From an uncultured Candidatus Saccharibacteria bacterium (GTDB lineage Bacteria; Patescibacteriota; Andersenbacteria; UBA10190), in contig CAZZHI010000001.1 of NCBI GenBank assembly GCA_964654145.1, forward strand, positions 9,956 to 73,955: a stretch of DNA of 64,000 bases, in the 5' to 3' direction. Positions 29,519 through 38,021 of this stretch are shown here, piece by piece; within the stretch, counting starts at the first letter, position 1, and each line of letters starts with the position of its first letter. A program made the translations under genes and the position numbers. The notes below the pieces were generated by a model. The model was not told the origin of the DNA. It did no database searches and saw only the letters and a list, made by a program, of their open reading frames with translations.

Positions 29519-30826
29519 CTATTTTTGACGAAATTTACTAGGGTTTACAAAGAAGCCTTTTAGGTCTCGGCGACCTAAGATCATGCCGTACTTCATGTGG
29601 GACCTATCAATAAGGGAAACTTCTGTTGTTATATGTTTTTTCCGAAGTATGAGCGATAGCGAGACTACCGGGCGAGTCTGCTTTCCTAGGGCTCCTCGTA
29701 CGCCTTTATGAAGAATGACCGGCTTATCAACGCCTAGCTTTTTAGCAATACTCTCATCGATAGTTGTTCTGTATGCTCCAGTGTCTACTTTTGCCAGAAG
29801 GGGAAATTGCTTGCCTTCATGATCCAAAATAATAACCTGCTCTTCTATTCCGAGGATTGTGTGCCCGGCAATTTCATCAAGTTCCTGCTCAACTTCTGCG
29901 CCAAATAAATGTTTTGCAAGTTGAATTTTCTTTTCAATGCCTTTTAGTTTTAGTCCCTCAACTCGTTGGAGACGCGATTTTAATGGAGCAAGATTTGCGA
30001 ACTGAATATCGAGTCCAGGCCGAGCGTTTACCTCGAGAACGAGAGGCCCATCTTCTCTGTCGATTGCTATATCTACTCCAACGTAATTAAGTCCGCATGC
30101 GAGCGATGCTCGAGAAGCAAGCAACAGTACATCGTCCCATTGCGGGATTTGCAAGCCCGCAATTCGTAGTCGGTTATGTGGCAAAATGTCTACTTGTTGG
30201 CGATGCTGTATTGCGGTTGTGGTGATACCGGTAGCTAAGTCTATGCCAACCCCGATTCCTCCCATATGGAGATTTGCGCGCCCTGCCGACTCCTCTGTTG
30301 GGAGGCGAAGCATGGCCATTACGGGCACCTGGTTATAGAGGATAATGCGAATATCTGGAATGCCTTTAATGCAGTATGGTTTTAAGTCGGCATGTATTTT
30401 AACTCTCTGTTCAAAAAAAGCTGTATCAGGAACATTCCCTTTTGAAAAATCTCCATCAAGGATGTCCATGATATGTTTTCGGAGGTCGGGGATAAAGACT
30501 TCGCTTTTATTTGCTTTTACCCAGTTCCCTTTTTTGTTTCTCCCAAAAATAACAACAATGCCCCCGCCCCCAGATGATGAATTCGGCTTAAGCACGAACG
30601 AGGAGGGGAGTTTCGTCCACCTGAAGTTTTTCAGTTCGGATCTATTTCTTACTATGGAAAATAAGCGGGGGGTGCCAAGACCATTTTTTTGAAGAGCCTT
30701 TTTTGTTGCCAGTTTGTTATTAGCAATACGTATGGATTCAGGGGAGTTTGCTTTTACTATATAGTCAACCATTCGGGAATTCATACCCAAAATATTTTTC
30801 CATTGCTTGTTGATCCACGCCGCCAT
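29519..30826 (-). CDS. Alpha-L-glutamate-ligase-like ATP-grasp fused to a C-terminal RimB/retropepsin-like protease
   Basis: ILGMNSR, FVLKP..SSGGGGI, GIPDIRII, AMLRLPT..S.GRANLH.GG, LEVNARPGL.IQ.AN; tail AKVDTGAYRTTID...DRSHMKYGMILGRRDL. Confidence 0.88.
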   Translation of the reverse strand: MAAWINKQWKNILGMNSRMVDYIVKANSPESIRIANNKLATKKALQKNGLGTPRLFSIVRNRSELKNFRWTKLPSSFVLKPNSSSGGGGIVVIFGRNKKGNWVKANKSEVFIPDLRKHIMDILDGDFSKGNVPDTAFFEQRVKIHADLKPYCIKGIPDIRIILYNQVPVMAMLRLPTEESAGRANLHMGGIGVGIDLATGITTTAIQHRQQVDILPHNRLRIAGLQIPQWDDVLLLASRASLACGLNYVGVDIAIDREDGPLVLEVNARPGLDIQFANLAPLKSRLQRVEGLKLKGIEKKIQLAKHLFGAEVEQELDEIAGHTILGIEEQVIILDHEGKQFPLLAKVDTGAYRTTIDESIAKKLGVDKPVILHKGVRGALGKQTRPVVSLSLILRKKHITTEVSLIDRSHMKYGMILGRRDLKGFFVNPSKFRQK

Positions 30827-30844
30827 AATGTATGGAGTATGAAA

Positions 30845-32380
30845 TTATTGAATGTACTGAAGGAGCCGCCTAAAGCGAATATATTCTGTGAGTCGAAGCC
30901 CGCTCCAGCGTCCCAAAAGTATATTAATTGGGATTGCTAGCAATACAATTTCCGGATAAGACACAAATAGTGTTCGAACAATTTGCCAGCTTACGATAAA
31001 GTAGCAGCCAATAGAAAGTGCGAGTGTCCACGCAGTTACGGTTAATGCTTTTTTTGCGCCAGATTTAAACTGAAGCGCAATAAACTCCTCTGCTAGCAAT
31101 GTGAGAATTAAGATAGGGAATATAGAGAATGATGTTAGCGCGGTGTTGTCAGTAGCAACCCCTAATCCAAAGACGAGTAATATGGCCAAGCTTACGCCAG
31201 TAAGCACGAGAGCCATTCGGGGTAAGTAGAGAAGATGTAGTCTTCGCATAGCAAGTCTTGTTATGGTTCCTGACACTAAAATCGCGGAGAAGATGAGAAG
31301 CCCGTAGGGGAGGCCCATTACCAAAAAACTGAGAGTTGTCATCGCTGGGGTTACAAGTCCGAATGCCTTCATTCCAATCACTTGCCTTGAAAACGATAAG
31401 ATCGTTGCAATAACTGGAAGCATTAAAATAAGAGAAATACTGTTGATGGGAATTCCTTTATTTACGAGGTAATTGATTCCAAAAGACATAAAATTGGTAG
31501 GCCCTATATCCGCACTTGTTCGAGCGCTAAACTCTCCTAATAAGCGATGCCCAACAGAAGATGCGATGATTTTTTGTTTGGCAGCTTCTGCGGAAAGTGG
31601 CTCTAGGAGCATGCTTAGGGCGTCGGGTTTTGCCAGTAGGATATAGCTTGGCTGTAACTGATTAAATGCAAATTGAGCGGAAGGTGTGAGTACTCCAAAC
31701 GGAGTTTCTGATAAGATGATGATCCCTTTATCTCGCATCGCAAGATCATTAAACGATATATCGGAAACTTGTCTAATGTGTTGCGCTAATTTTGATAGAA
31801 CGTTTACCCCTACGCTTCCGGAGGTTTGTACAATGATAAGATTTGTTTTCTTGATGGCTTCTCGGGCATCAAGGAGCTGGCTCGTAAGAGCCTCTTCCGT
31901 AACAACTTCGGGGCTGTTTGTTTTTGCGCGAATGGGTATGAGGAGTACCTGTTCTTGGGCTGCCTGCTGTTCGCGGAGTGCTATTTGATCTTCGGGAAAA
32001 GCGTTGTCGATAACAAGCATTGTCACGTGACTAAAGATATGAATTTCTGTAGTGTCTTCGGCTATTGATCCGTCATCTGTTATAAGTGAAAGCCGTACGG
32101 TGTATGTGCCTGCGGATGTGTATGTGTGACTAACGTTTTCTCCGGTTACTCGCGTTCCGTCTCCAAAATTCCAAACAAACTCTTTTGCCGACGATCCTTC
32201 TTTGAGAGAGTAGTTTCCAATAGAAAAATCATTGGATTTACCACTAAACGAGTTGCGTATACCTTGGGCGATATAGACAACGTTTTCAGAAGCGGCTTCC
32301 TCTTGGGCTTGCGCAATATATGCCCCGCTTACTGATGCTGATATAAAGATTGTTAAAAATAGTGTAGTAATTTTTTTCAT
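30845..32380 (-). CDS. PKD-domain plus 7TM (7TM_transglut/CapC-like) membrane protein
   Basis: Signal peptide; WNFGDG...HTYTSAGTYTVRL (PKD); LMLPVIAT...RQVIGMKAFG, SIFPILIL..LAE, LGRWSGLRLTEYIRF. Confidence 0.85.
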   Translation of the reverse strand: MKKITTLFLTIFISASVSGAYIAQAQEEAASENVVYIAQGIRNSFSGKSNDFSIGNYSLKEGSSAKEFVWNFGDGTRVTGENVSHTYTSAGTYTVRLSLITDDGSIAEDTTEIHIFSHVTMLVIDNAFPEDQIALREQQAAQEQVLLIPIRAKTNSPEVVTEEALTSQLLDAREAIKKTNLIIVQTSGSVGVNVLSKLAQHIRQVSDISFNDLAMRDKGIIILSETPFGVLTPSAQFAFNQLQPSYILLAKPDALSMLLEPLSAEAAKQKIIASSVGHRLLGEFSARTSADIGPTNFMSFGINYLVNKGIPINSISLILMLPVIATILSFSRQVIGMKAFGLVTPAMTTLSFLVMGLPYGLLIFSAILVSGTITRLAMRRLHLLYLPRMALVLTGVSLAILLVFGLGVATDNTALTSFSIFPILILTLLAEEFIALQFKSGAKKALTVTAWTLALSIGCYFIVSWQIVRTLFVSYPEIVLLAIPINILLGRWSGLRLTEYIRFRRLLQYIQ

Positions 32381-32385
32381 AGATA

Positions 32386-32841
32386 TTATGTTGCGCATAA
32401 AGCTGCTGCTAAGGCATCTGCCGCATCGTCTGGGCGAGGGATGTCTGTTAGGCGCAGTTGTTGTTGTACTGCTCGCTGCATTTGTTCTTTTGAAGCTGAC
32501 CCATAGCCTGTAAGGCGAGATTTGATTTGGAGCGGAGTGAGTGTTTGGATCGCGATGTTATGAATTTGCAGTACATATAAAAGAACTCCGCGAATATGGG
32601 CTGTTGTGATTGCTGTTTTTACGTTTGTCCCAAAAAATATCTGCTCTACCACTGCAGCTACGGGTTTGTGTTCTCTGATTATCTGTGTGAGATCTGATGC
32701 AATACTGGCAAGACGATTTTCTAGAGTGTCTGTTGAAGGTGTTGTAATGCACCCGCAACTAATAAATTGGTTTTTTTGAGAAGTGTCTACAATCCCGTAA
32801 CCAGTTCGGGCAATACCCGGATCTAGCCCTAAAATGATCAT
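32386..32841 (-). CDS. ruvC: Holliday junction resolvase RuvC
   Basis: ILGLDPGIARTGYG, VEQIFF, GYGSASKEQ, PDDAADALA. Confidence 0.96.
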   Translation of the reverse strand: MIILGLDPGIARTGYGIVDTSQKNQFISCGCITTPSTDTLENRLASIASDLTQIIREHKPVAAVVEQIFFGTNVKTAITTAHIRGVLLYVLQIHNIAIQTLTPLQIKSRLTGYGSASKEQMQRAVQQQLRLTDIPRPDDAADALAAALCAT

Positions 32842-32893
32842 ATGATATATTGTAGGCTATTGGTTCGTATTTGCATACCGCGTAATCTTGCCG

Positions 32894-33427
32894 CTAACAA
32901 TTTCCATAGATGTCGATATTCCCAAATTTGTAAAAATTTCCTTGCCCTATTATGACTTTAGAGTTCTCCATGCAGCTAATTGAGGGGGATGCATGATGAA
33001 AGGTTGTGTGAGTTATCGTGTTAATACTGTTATGCTCGAGAGTAATTCCATTCCAGTTCCTGTTGCGCTCATTGCTCTCGTTAGAGATAAGCAAAATAGA
33101 GTCTTCTTCCGTGCCCAGTGCTTGTAGTGATCCGAAAACTCGTATACCGGCATACTCATCGAAGGCTAATACGGTACCGGGAAGAAGTGTTAATTTCCCT
33201 TCATTTTTTATTGTTATTGTTTCGTGGACGGTTACAATGCCTTGGTTTGGCCCTATGGTAATATGCTCCGTAATGGTGGATGGGAGTATTGAGTTTTGTG
33301 GATGCGCAGGTGTGTGGAATGGTATGTCTTCTGGTTCTTTTGTGGACTGTATGAGGGAATCTATAGAAGAAAGCGCAAGTGCTGATACGAGTGCCGCAGC
33401 AATAACAATAGGGAAGATTGCTTTCAT
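32894..33427 (-). CDS. Exported protein with short beta-helix-like domain
   Basis: N-terminal hydrophobic segment; LTLLPGT, GSLQALGTEEDSI, WNGI. Confidence 0.6.
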   Translation of the reverse strand: MKAIFPIVIAAALVSALALSSIDSLIQSTKEPEDIPFHTPAHPQNSILPSTITEHITIGPNQGIVTVHETITIKNEGKLTLLPGTVLAFDEYAGIRVFGSLQALGTEEDSILLISNESNERNRNWNGITLEHNSINTITHTTFHHASPSISCMENSKVIIGQGNFYKFGNIDIYGNC

Positions 33428-33456
33428 ACGAATAGGTTATTGCTACGATACCACAA

Positions 33457-33585
33457 TTCTCGTGTAGATAGCTGTAGACATGAGAAGGATAAGTGTCGAG
33501 GAGAAGCGTCGCACTTGCGTACCACAACAACCCGAACTGGGCACAGACCCCACAAAAGCAATGTCTACAGTTATCTAAAAGAGAA
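33457..33585. ncRNA. Structured intergenic element (long closing stem plus bubble); 6S-like RNA or MITE candidate
   Basis: 17-bp inverted repeat 33465-33481/33561-33577 (one G-U), TTCTC/GAGAA outer pair, inner GTGTCGAG/CTGGGCAC. Confidence 0.45.
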
Positions 33586-33628
33586 CCCTCTATCCTAGCG
33601 CGTATTGCCAAAATATGCAAGTATACAG

Positions 33629-34636
33629 ATGACTATGGCTATCGAAGAGGCAAAAACTAGTATCGTTGCCGCAAGCGCAACATATGAGGATGAAACACTT
33701 GATTCTACCTTGCGTCCCAAGTTGCTCGATGATTTTACTGGGCAGTCTCATGTAAAAAAGAGCCTTCGTGTGTTCCTGGAGGCTGCGAAACAGAGGGGCG
33801 ATTCCTTGGAGCATGTGCTCCTAGCTGGCCCTCCTGGGCTCGGAAAGACGAGCCTTGCGTATATTATTGCTCGGGAGTTATCTTCCAATATTCGTGTGAC
33901 TGCTGGCCCTGTTCTTACAAAGGTTGCTGATTTGGCGGCAATTCTTACAAACTTACAAAAAGGTGATGTGTTATTTATCGATGAAATTCATCGTTTACAT
34001 AGGTCTATTGAGGAGGTTCTATATCCTGCAATGGAAAGCTACGCTCTCGATCTTGTTGTAGGGCAGGGCCCTGGGGCTAAAACACTGCGTATCGACCTTC
34101 CTGAATTCACGTTAATTGGAGCTACTACGAGGGTTGGAATGCTCGGGGCGCCTTTACGGGACAGGTTTGGGATGACGTATCGGTTAGAGTTTTATGATGT
34201 AGGGGAAATGAAGAGAATTCTTTCTCGCTCAGCTGAATTGTTGGGCTTAGCTATCGAGGATGCTGCGCTCACTGAGATTGCCGAACGGTGCAGGAGGACG
34301 CCTAGAATTGGCAACCGGCTTCTAAAGAGGGTGAGGGACGTAGCGCAGGTGGGTGGACACAGTGAGGTTACTGTGGATGTTGTGCGGCAAACGTTGTCTT
34401 TGTTAAATATTGATCCAAGGGGGCTTGATGCTTCTGATCGCCTCATACTCTCTACGATTATTGAAAAGTTCCAGGGTGGTCCGGTTGGCTTGCAGACTCT
34501 GGCAATGGTATGTGCGGAGGAGGAGCAAACAATCGAGGATGTTATTGAGCCATTTTTAATCCAGTGCGGGTTTATTGTTCGAACCCCGCGTGGTCGCGAA
34601 GTTACAGATGCCGGATATCAACACATGGAAAAGTAG
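33629..34636 (+). CDS. ruvB: Holliday junction branch-migration helicase RuvB
   Basis: LRPK, GPPGLGKTSLA, FIDEIHR, GATTR, PLRDRFG, TPRGR; start uncertain (33605/33629/33635). Confidence 0.97.
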   Translation: MTMAIEEAKTSIVAASATYEDETLDSTLRPKLLDDFTGQSHVKKSLRVFLEAAKQRGDSLEHVLLAGPPGLGKTSLAYIIARELSSNIRVTAGPVLTKVADLAAILTNLQKGDVLFIDEIHRLHRSIEEVLYPAMESYALDLVVGQGPGAKTLRIDLPEFTLIGATTRVGMLGAPLRDRFGMTYRLEFYDVGEMKRILSRSAELLGLAIEDAALTEIAERCRRTPRIGNRLLKRVRDVAQVGGHSEVTVDVVRQTLSLLNIDPRGLDASDRLILSTIIEKFQGGPVGLQTLAMVCAEEEQTIEDVIEPFLIQCGFIVRTPRGREVTDAGYQHMEK

Positions 34637-35132
34637 CTGGGGGCCGTACGCAACAGCTGCAAATGCCATAACGGCATCTCGAATTATTTTTTTTGGAATA
34701 TTTATATATTTTCTTTCGAAGCACAATATTGAGGTTGCGCTTATTGCCTTTGTAGTAGCTTGGGGGCTTGATGCAATAGATGGTTTTGTTGCTCGGCGGA
34801 TGGGTGAGGAGAGTGTTTTTGGGTCCCAGCTCGATAAGCTTATAGATCGCATTATTATTATTGGAGCTGTTGTTTGCTTGATTCGGTATGAGTATTTGCC
34901 CGCAATTGCTCTTTTTCTGCTAGTAAAAGATATTGGACTTTCGGTGGCGCTGACTGTTCGCAAGCCTAACGCGCCCTTCCCCTCAGCCGGTATACAGGGT
35001 AAGGCTCTGAGTCTTTTTCAGGGGGTTGCTATACTGTGGCTTATTTTTGGATTACCGTTTCCTCAAATTATTGTCGGTGTAATAGGCCTCTGGGGAGCTT
35101 TTGTTGCTATTTATTACTTAAAGCGGTTGTAA
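34608..35132 (+). CDS. CDP-alcohol phosphatidyltransferase (PgsA-like)
   Basis: ANAITASR; DAIDGFVARR...FGSQLDKLIDR matches DxxDGxxAR..GxxxDxxxD. Confidence 0.88.
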   Translation: MPDINTWKSSWGPYATAANAITASRIIFFGIFIYFLSKHNIEVALIAFVVAWGLDAIDGFVARRMGEESVFGSQLDKLIDRIIIIGAVVCLIRYEYLPAIALFLLVKDIGLSVALTVRKPNAPFPSAGIQGKALSLFQGVAILWLIFGLPFPQIIVGVIGLWGAFVAIYYLKRL

Positions 35133-35136
35133 GGAT

Positions 35137-36948
35137 ATGATGTTCGGCCCTATACCTCTTCTTTTTATAAGTTTTTGGCCAATTTTAAGGGGTGTTGCAG
35201 CACAGGAAGTTCCAAGGGTCGCCTTAAATGAAGTAATGTGGGCTAAGGCAGAGTATATAGAGTTAGTAAATTACGGTGACGAGGATATTAATCTAAGCGG
35301 CTGGCGTATTGTGCGGCAAAAGCCGGGAGATTCGGAGGAGGACATAGTGCTATTTGGTACTTCTGACGAAGTCTCCGCAAAGCAATATTTTCTTATTGAG
35401 TCAGCAGAGGATGCTACGAGCGTATCTGCAAATAAGATTAAGGGTTCCTTGGGTCTTATCGATGGCGGTGTACTGTTGCGTCTCTATAATTCCGAAGGAG
35501 TTGCAGTTGATACTATAAATCAATTAGGTTCGTGGTTTGCGGGCAAAAATGATGCTGTTGGAGCGTCTATGGAGCGAAACAATCCCTCGGATGACGGAAC
35601 GAGCTCATCGAGCTGGCACACTTCTATTGGGAATAGCAGGGGAAGAATCGGCACTCCTGCCGAAGAAAACAGTCCCAATAGCACGCCGTCCCCAACGCCA
35701 AGTAATACCCCCGCATCTTCTCCGAGCGCAACTCCTTCTACGGTCCCTAGTAGCGTGCCTTCCGTGCCTCCCATTTACTCTGATCGAGTGTATATTAATG
35801 AATTTATACCGAACCCCGCAGGAGATGATGCTGCGGGTGAATTTATTGAACTCTATAACGCTTCTTCGGCGCCGATTGATATATCTGGTTGGATTTTGGA
35901 TGATGTTGAGAACGGGGGCAGCGCTCCTTTTACTATTCCAGAGGGGGCAAGTATACCCGCGAACGGATACGCAGTATTTTCTCGAACCCAAACAAAAATA
36001 TCAATGAACAATGATAGTGATCATGTTAGGTTGGTAAGGCCGGATGGGGTAATTCAAAACGATATCGCGTATCAGGATTTAGGTGATGGTATTTCTTACA
36101 GTAGAGGTACGTCTGGGGATTTTCAAAAAACCTCAATTCCTACTATGGGCGCAGAAAATATTATTCAGACTCCTAAGGATTCTCCTGTAAAAGCAGAGGG
36201 CGGAGAGAGTGGGGAGGATGAAGAAAATTCCCCGACTATTTCTTATGATTTTTCTTCCAAAATATTTATTAATGAAATTTTGCCAAATCCCGAGGGTTCC
36301 GACATAGAACAAGAGTTTATTGAGTTAAAAAGCCACGATACGCAACATATTAATCTTGTGGGTTGGGCACTTGATGATGGAATTGATGGAAGTAGTCCGT
36401 ATAGATTTAGTGAAAAAGATTCTATTGCTCCCGGAAAATTTTTTGTTTTATTTCGTTCTAAAACAAAGCTCGCTCTTAATAATGATGTAGATAGTGTTCG
36501 TCTTATTGATCCGACCGGAAAAATTGTTTCTCATGTTGAGTATGGTGTTGGTATAGTAGAGGGTGCTTCTTATAGTAGGATTGAACGAGATCAGTTTGTT
36601 TGGACCCAAAAACCTACGCCGGGTATAGAGAATACTATTTATGTTCAATCAAAAGATAAGGATTCGCCCGAAAATGAAGTTATCAAAAAATCGACCCCTA
36701 AGCCAAAGGCCCAGTCTCGTGTTCGAGGTCTTGCCGTATCCGTGCCTCGAATATCTCCTTCGCCTACCCCCTTGCTTCCATGGGAGGATCTTACCAATAC
36801 GGCTAAGGCGACAAAAGATCCTAGTAGGGCTTCTTTGGGGAATTCTTTTGGCCCACGGCAAAAAATCTTTATATTCGGGTGGATGGTCGTTGGGTGCGCT
36901 CAATTTTTATCAGGATTATCTCGAAAAGAGGCAATTTGGCAGAAGTAA
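35137..36948 (+). CDS. Surface protein with three lamin-tail (LTD) domains and a C-terminal anchor
   Basis: Three repeats of INE...E(F/Y)IEL...(L/I)xGW...TP(G/A)xEN; S/T/P linker; C-terminal hydrophobic segment. Confidence 0.85.
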   Translation: MMFGPIPLLFISFWPILRGVAAQEVPRVALNEVMWAKAEYIELVNYGDEDINLSGWRIVRQKPGDSEEDIVLFGTSDEVSAKQYFLIESAEDATSVSANKIKGSLGLIDGGVLLRLYNSEGVAVDTINQLGSWFAGKNDAVGASMERNNPSDDGTSSSSWHTSIGNSRGRIGTPAEENSPNSTPSPTPSNTPASSPSATPSTVPSSVPSVPPIYSDRVYINEFIPNPAGDDAAGEFIELYNASSAPIDISGWILDDVENGGSAPFTIPEGASIPANGYAVFSRTQTKISMNNDSDHVRLVRPDGVIQNDIAYQDLGDGISYSRGTSGDFQKTSIPTMGAENIIQTPKDSPVKAEGGESGEDEENSPTISYDFSSKIFINEILPNPEGSDIEQEFIELKSHDTQHINLVGWALDDGIDGSSPYRFSEKDSIAPGKFFVLFRSKTKLALNNDVDSVRLIDPTGKIVSHVEYGVGIVEGASYSRIERDQFVWTQKPTPGIENTIYVQSKDKDSPENEVIKKSTPKPKAQSRVRGLAVSVPRISPSPTPLLPWEDLTNTAKATKDPSRASLGNSFGPRQKIFIFGWMVVGCAQFLSGLSRKEAIWQK

Positions 36949-36972
36949 ATAAGGCAGTGTACCCTTACGAGC

Positions 36973-37992
36973 ATGAAACGAGTTGTTGTGCTGGGCGGGG
37001 GGAATGGGACTTCGCGTCTTCTTACTGCTTTAGGGGGGTTATTGCAGGATAAGACCATAGATTCTCTGTACGCCTTAGTGCATATGGCTGATGACGGAGG
37101 ATCCACCGGTAGGTTGCGCGAGCAGTATGATGTGGGTGCAATGGGGGATCTCACGAAGTGCCTTTTAGCTCTTAGTTCATTGCGTGGAGACATTCGAGGC
37201 GATAAGTTTTTACGAGCATTGGAATACAGATTTGAAAATGGCGATTTTGAGGGGCATACGCTCAGGAACGCCTTGCTTACTGCCTTAGAGCTTACCAGTG
37301 ACCTTGATGCTGCAATTGCAACCTTTGCGCGTATTATTCAGGCTCCCAAGCATACAGGGGTTATCCCAACGACCCTCAAGCCTCTTACGCAGCAAGTCGC
37401 GGTTGTTCGAGATGGGGCCCAAGAGCTTTTGGGCAGCGGGCAGCACTTTATTTCTTGGAATGTAGATGTGCAAAAGGACCCTAACTGGAAACCAGAAGAT
37501 ATTCGGGTCCTGTTTAAAGAGCAGGATGCTCAGCTTAATCCTCGTGCAAAAAATGCACTAGAAACAGCAACTCACATTATTATTGCTCCGGGGCATACGT
37601 ATGGATCTATTCTCCCTACACTTTCTTCTCTTTCGCTTGGCAATACCGATGCATTAAAAAATAGTAAAGCCCACATTACTGTTGTGATGACACTTCTTAC
37701 GACTCCATTACATACAGTTGGTTGGACCGGGGAGGATTTTGTGAGGGTATATGAGTCATATTTACATCGTCCTGTTGATGTCGTTATTGCTAACACGGGG
37801 AGAGTTGATATGGACCTTGTTCCTGGGCAGGCGTGGGTTAATTTTTCTTCTGATGCGCATTCGTATAAGCTTGAACGCGCAAATGTGGCAAGAAGGGTTG
37901 AGACTCCTCAGCAGGCCCACGATACTGTTCCGCGCGCAGTTCTTGTGCACGACGATCAAGAAATGAATCGAATATTTAGAGCGTATCTCTAA
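36973..37992 (+). CDS. yvcK: YvcK/GlmR (CofD-like) protein
   Basis: VVLGGGNGTS, ADDGGSTGRLR, MGD, GH, PG..YGSILP. Confidence 0.88.
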   Translation: MKRVVVLGGGNGTSRLLTALGGLLQDKTIDSLYALVHMADDGGSTGRLREQYDVGAMGDLTKCLLALSSLRGDIRGDKFLRALEYRFENGDFEGHTLRNALLTALELTSDLDAAIATFARIIQAPKHTGVIPTTLKPLTQQVAVVRDGAQELLGSGQHFISWNVDVQKDPNWKPEDIRVLFKEQDAQLNPRAKNALETATHIIIAPGHTYGSILPTLSSLSLGNTDALKNSKAHITVVMTLLTTPLHTVGWTGEDFVRVYESYLHRPVDVVIANTGRVDMDLVPGQAWVNFSSDAHSYKLERANVARRVETPQQAHDTVPRAVLVHDDQEMNRIFRAYL

Positions 37993-38021
37993 GAAAGAAG
38001 AGGGAAATACTATATACTTAC

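Noticed and set aside
35537-36007. Alternative-frame and antisense ORFs inside long genes (here and throughout the track)
   Set aside because: No recognisable motifs and fully nested in well-supported CDSs
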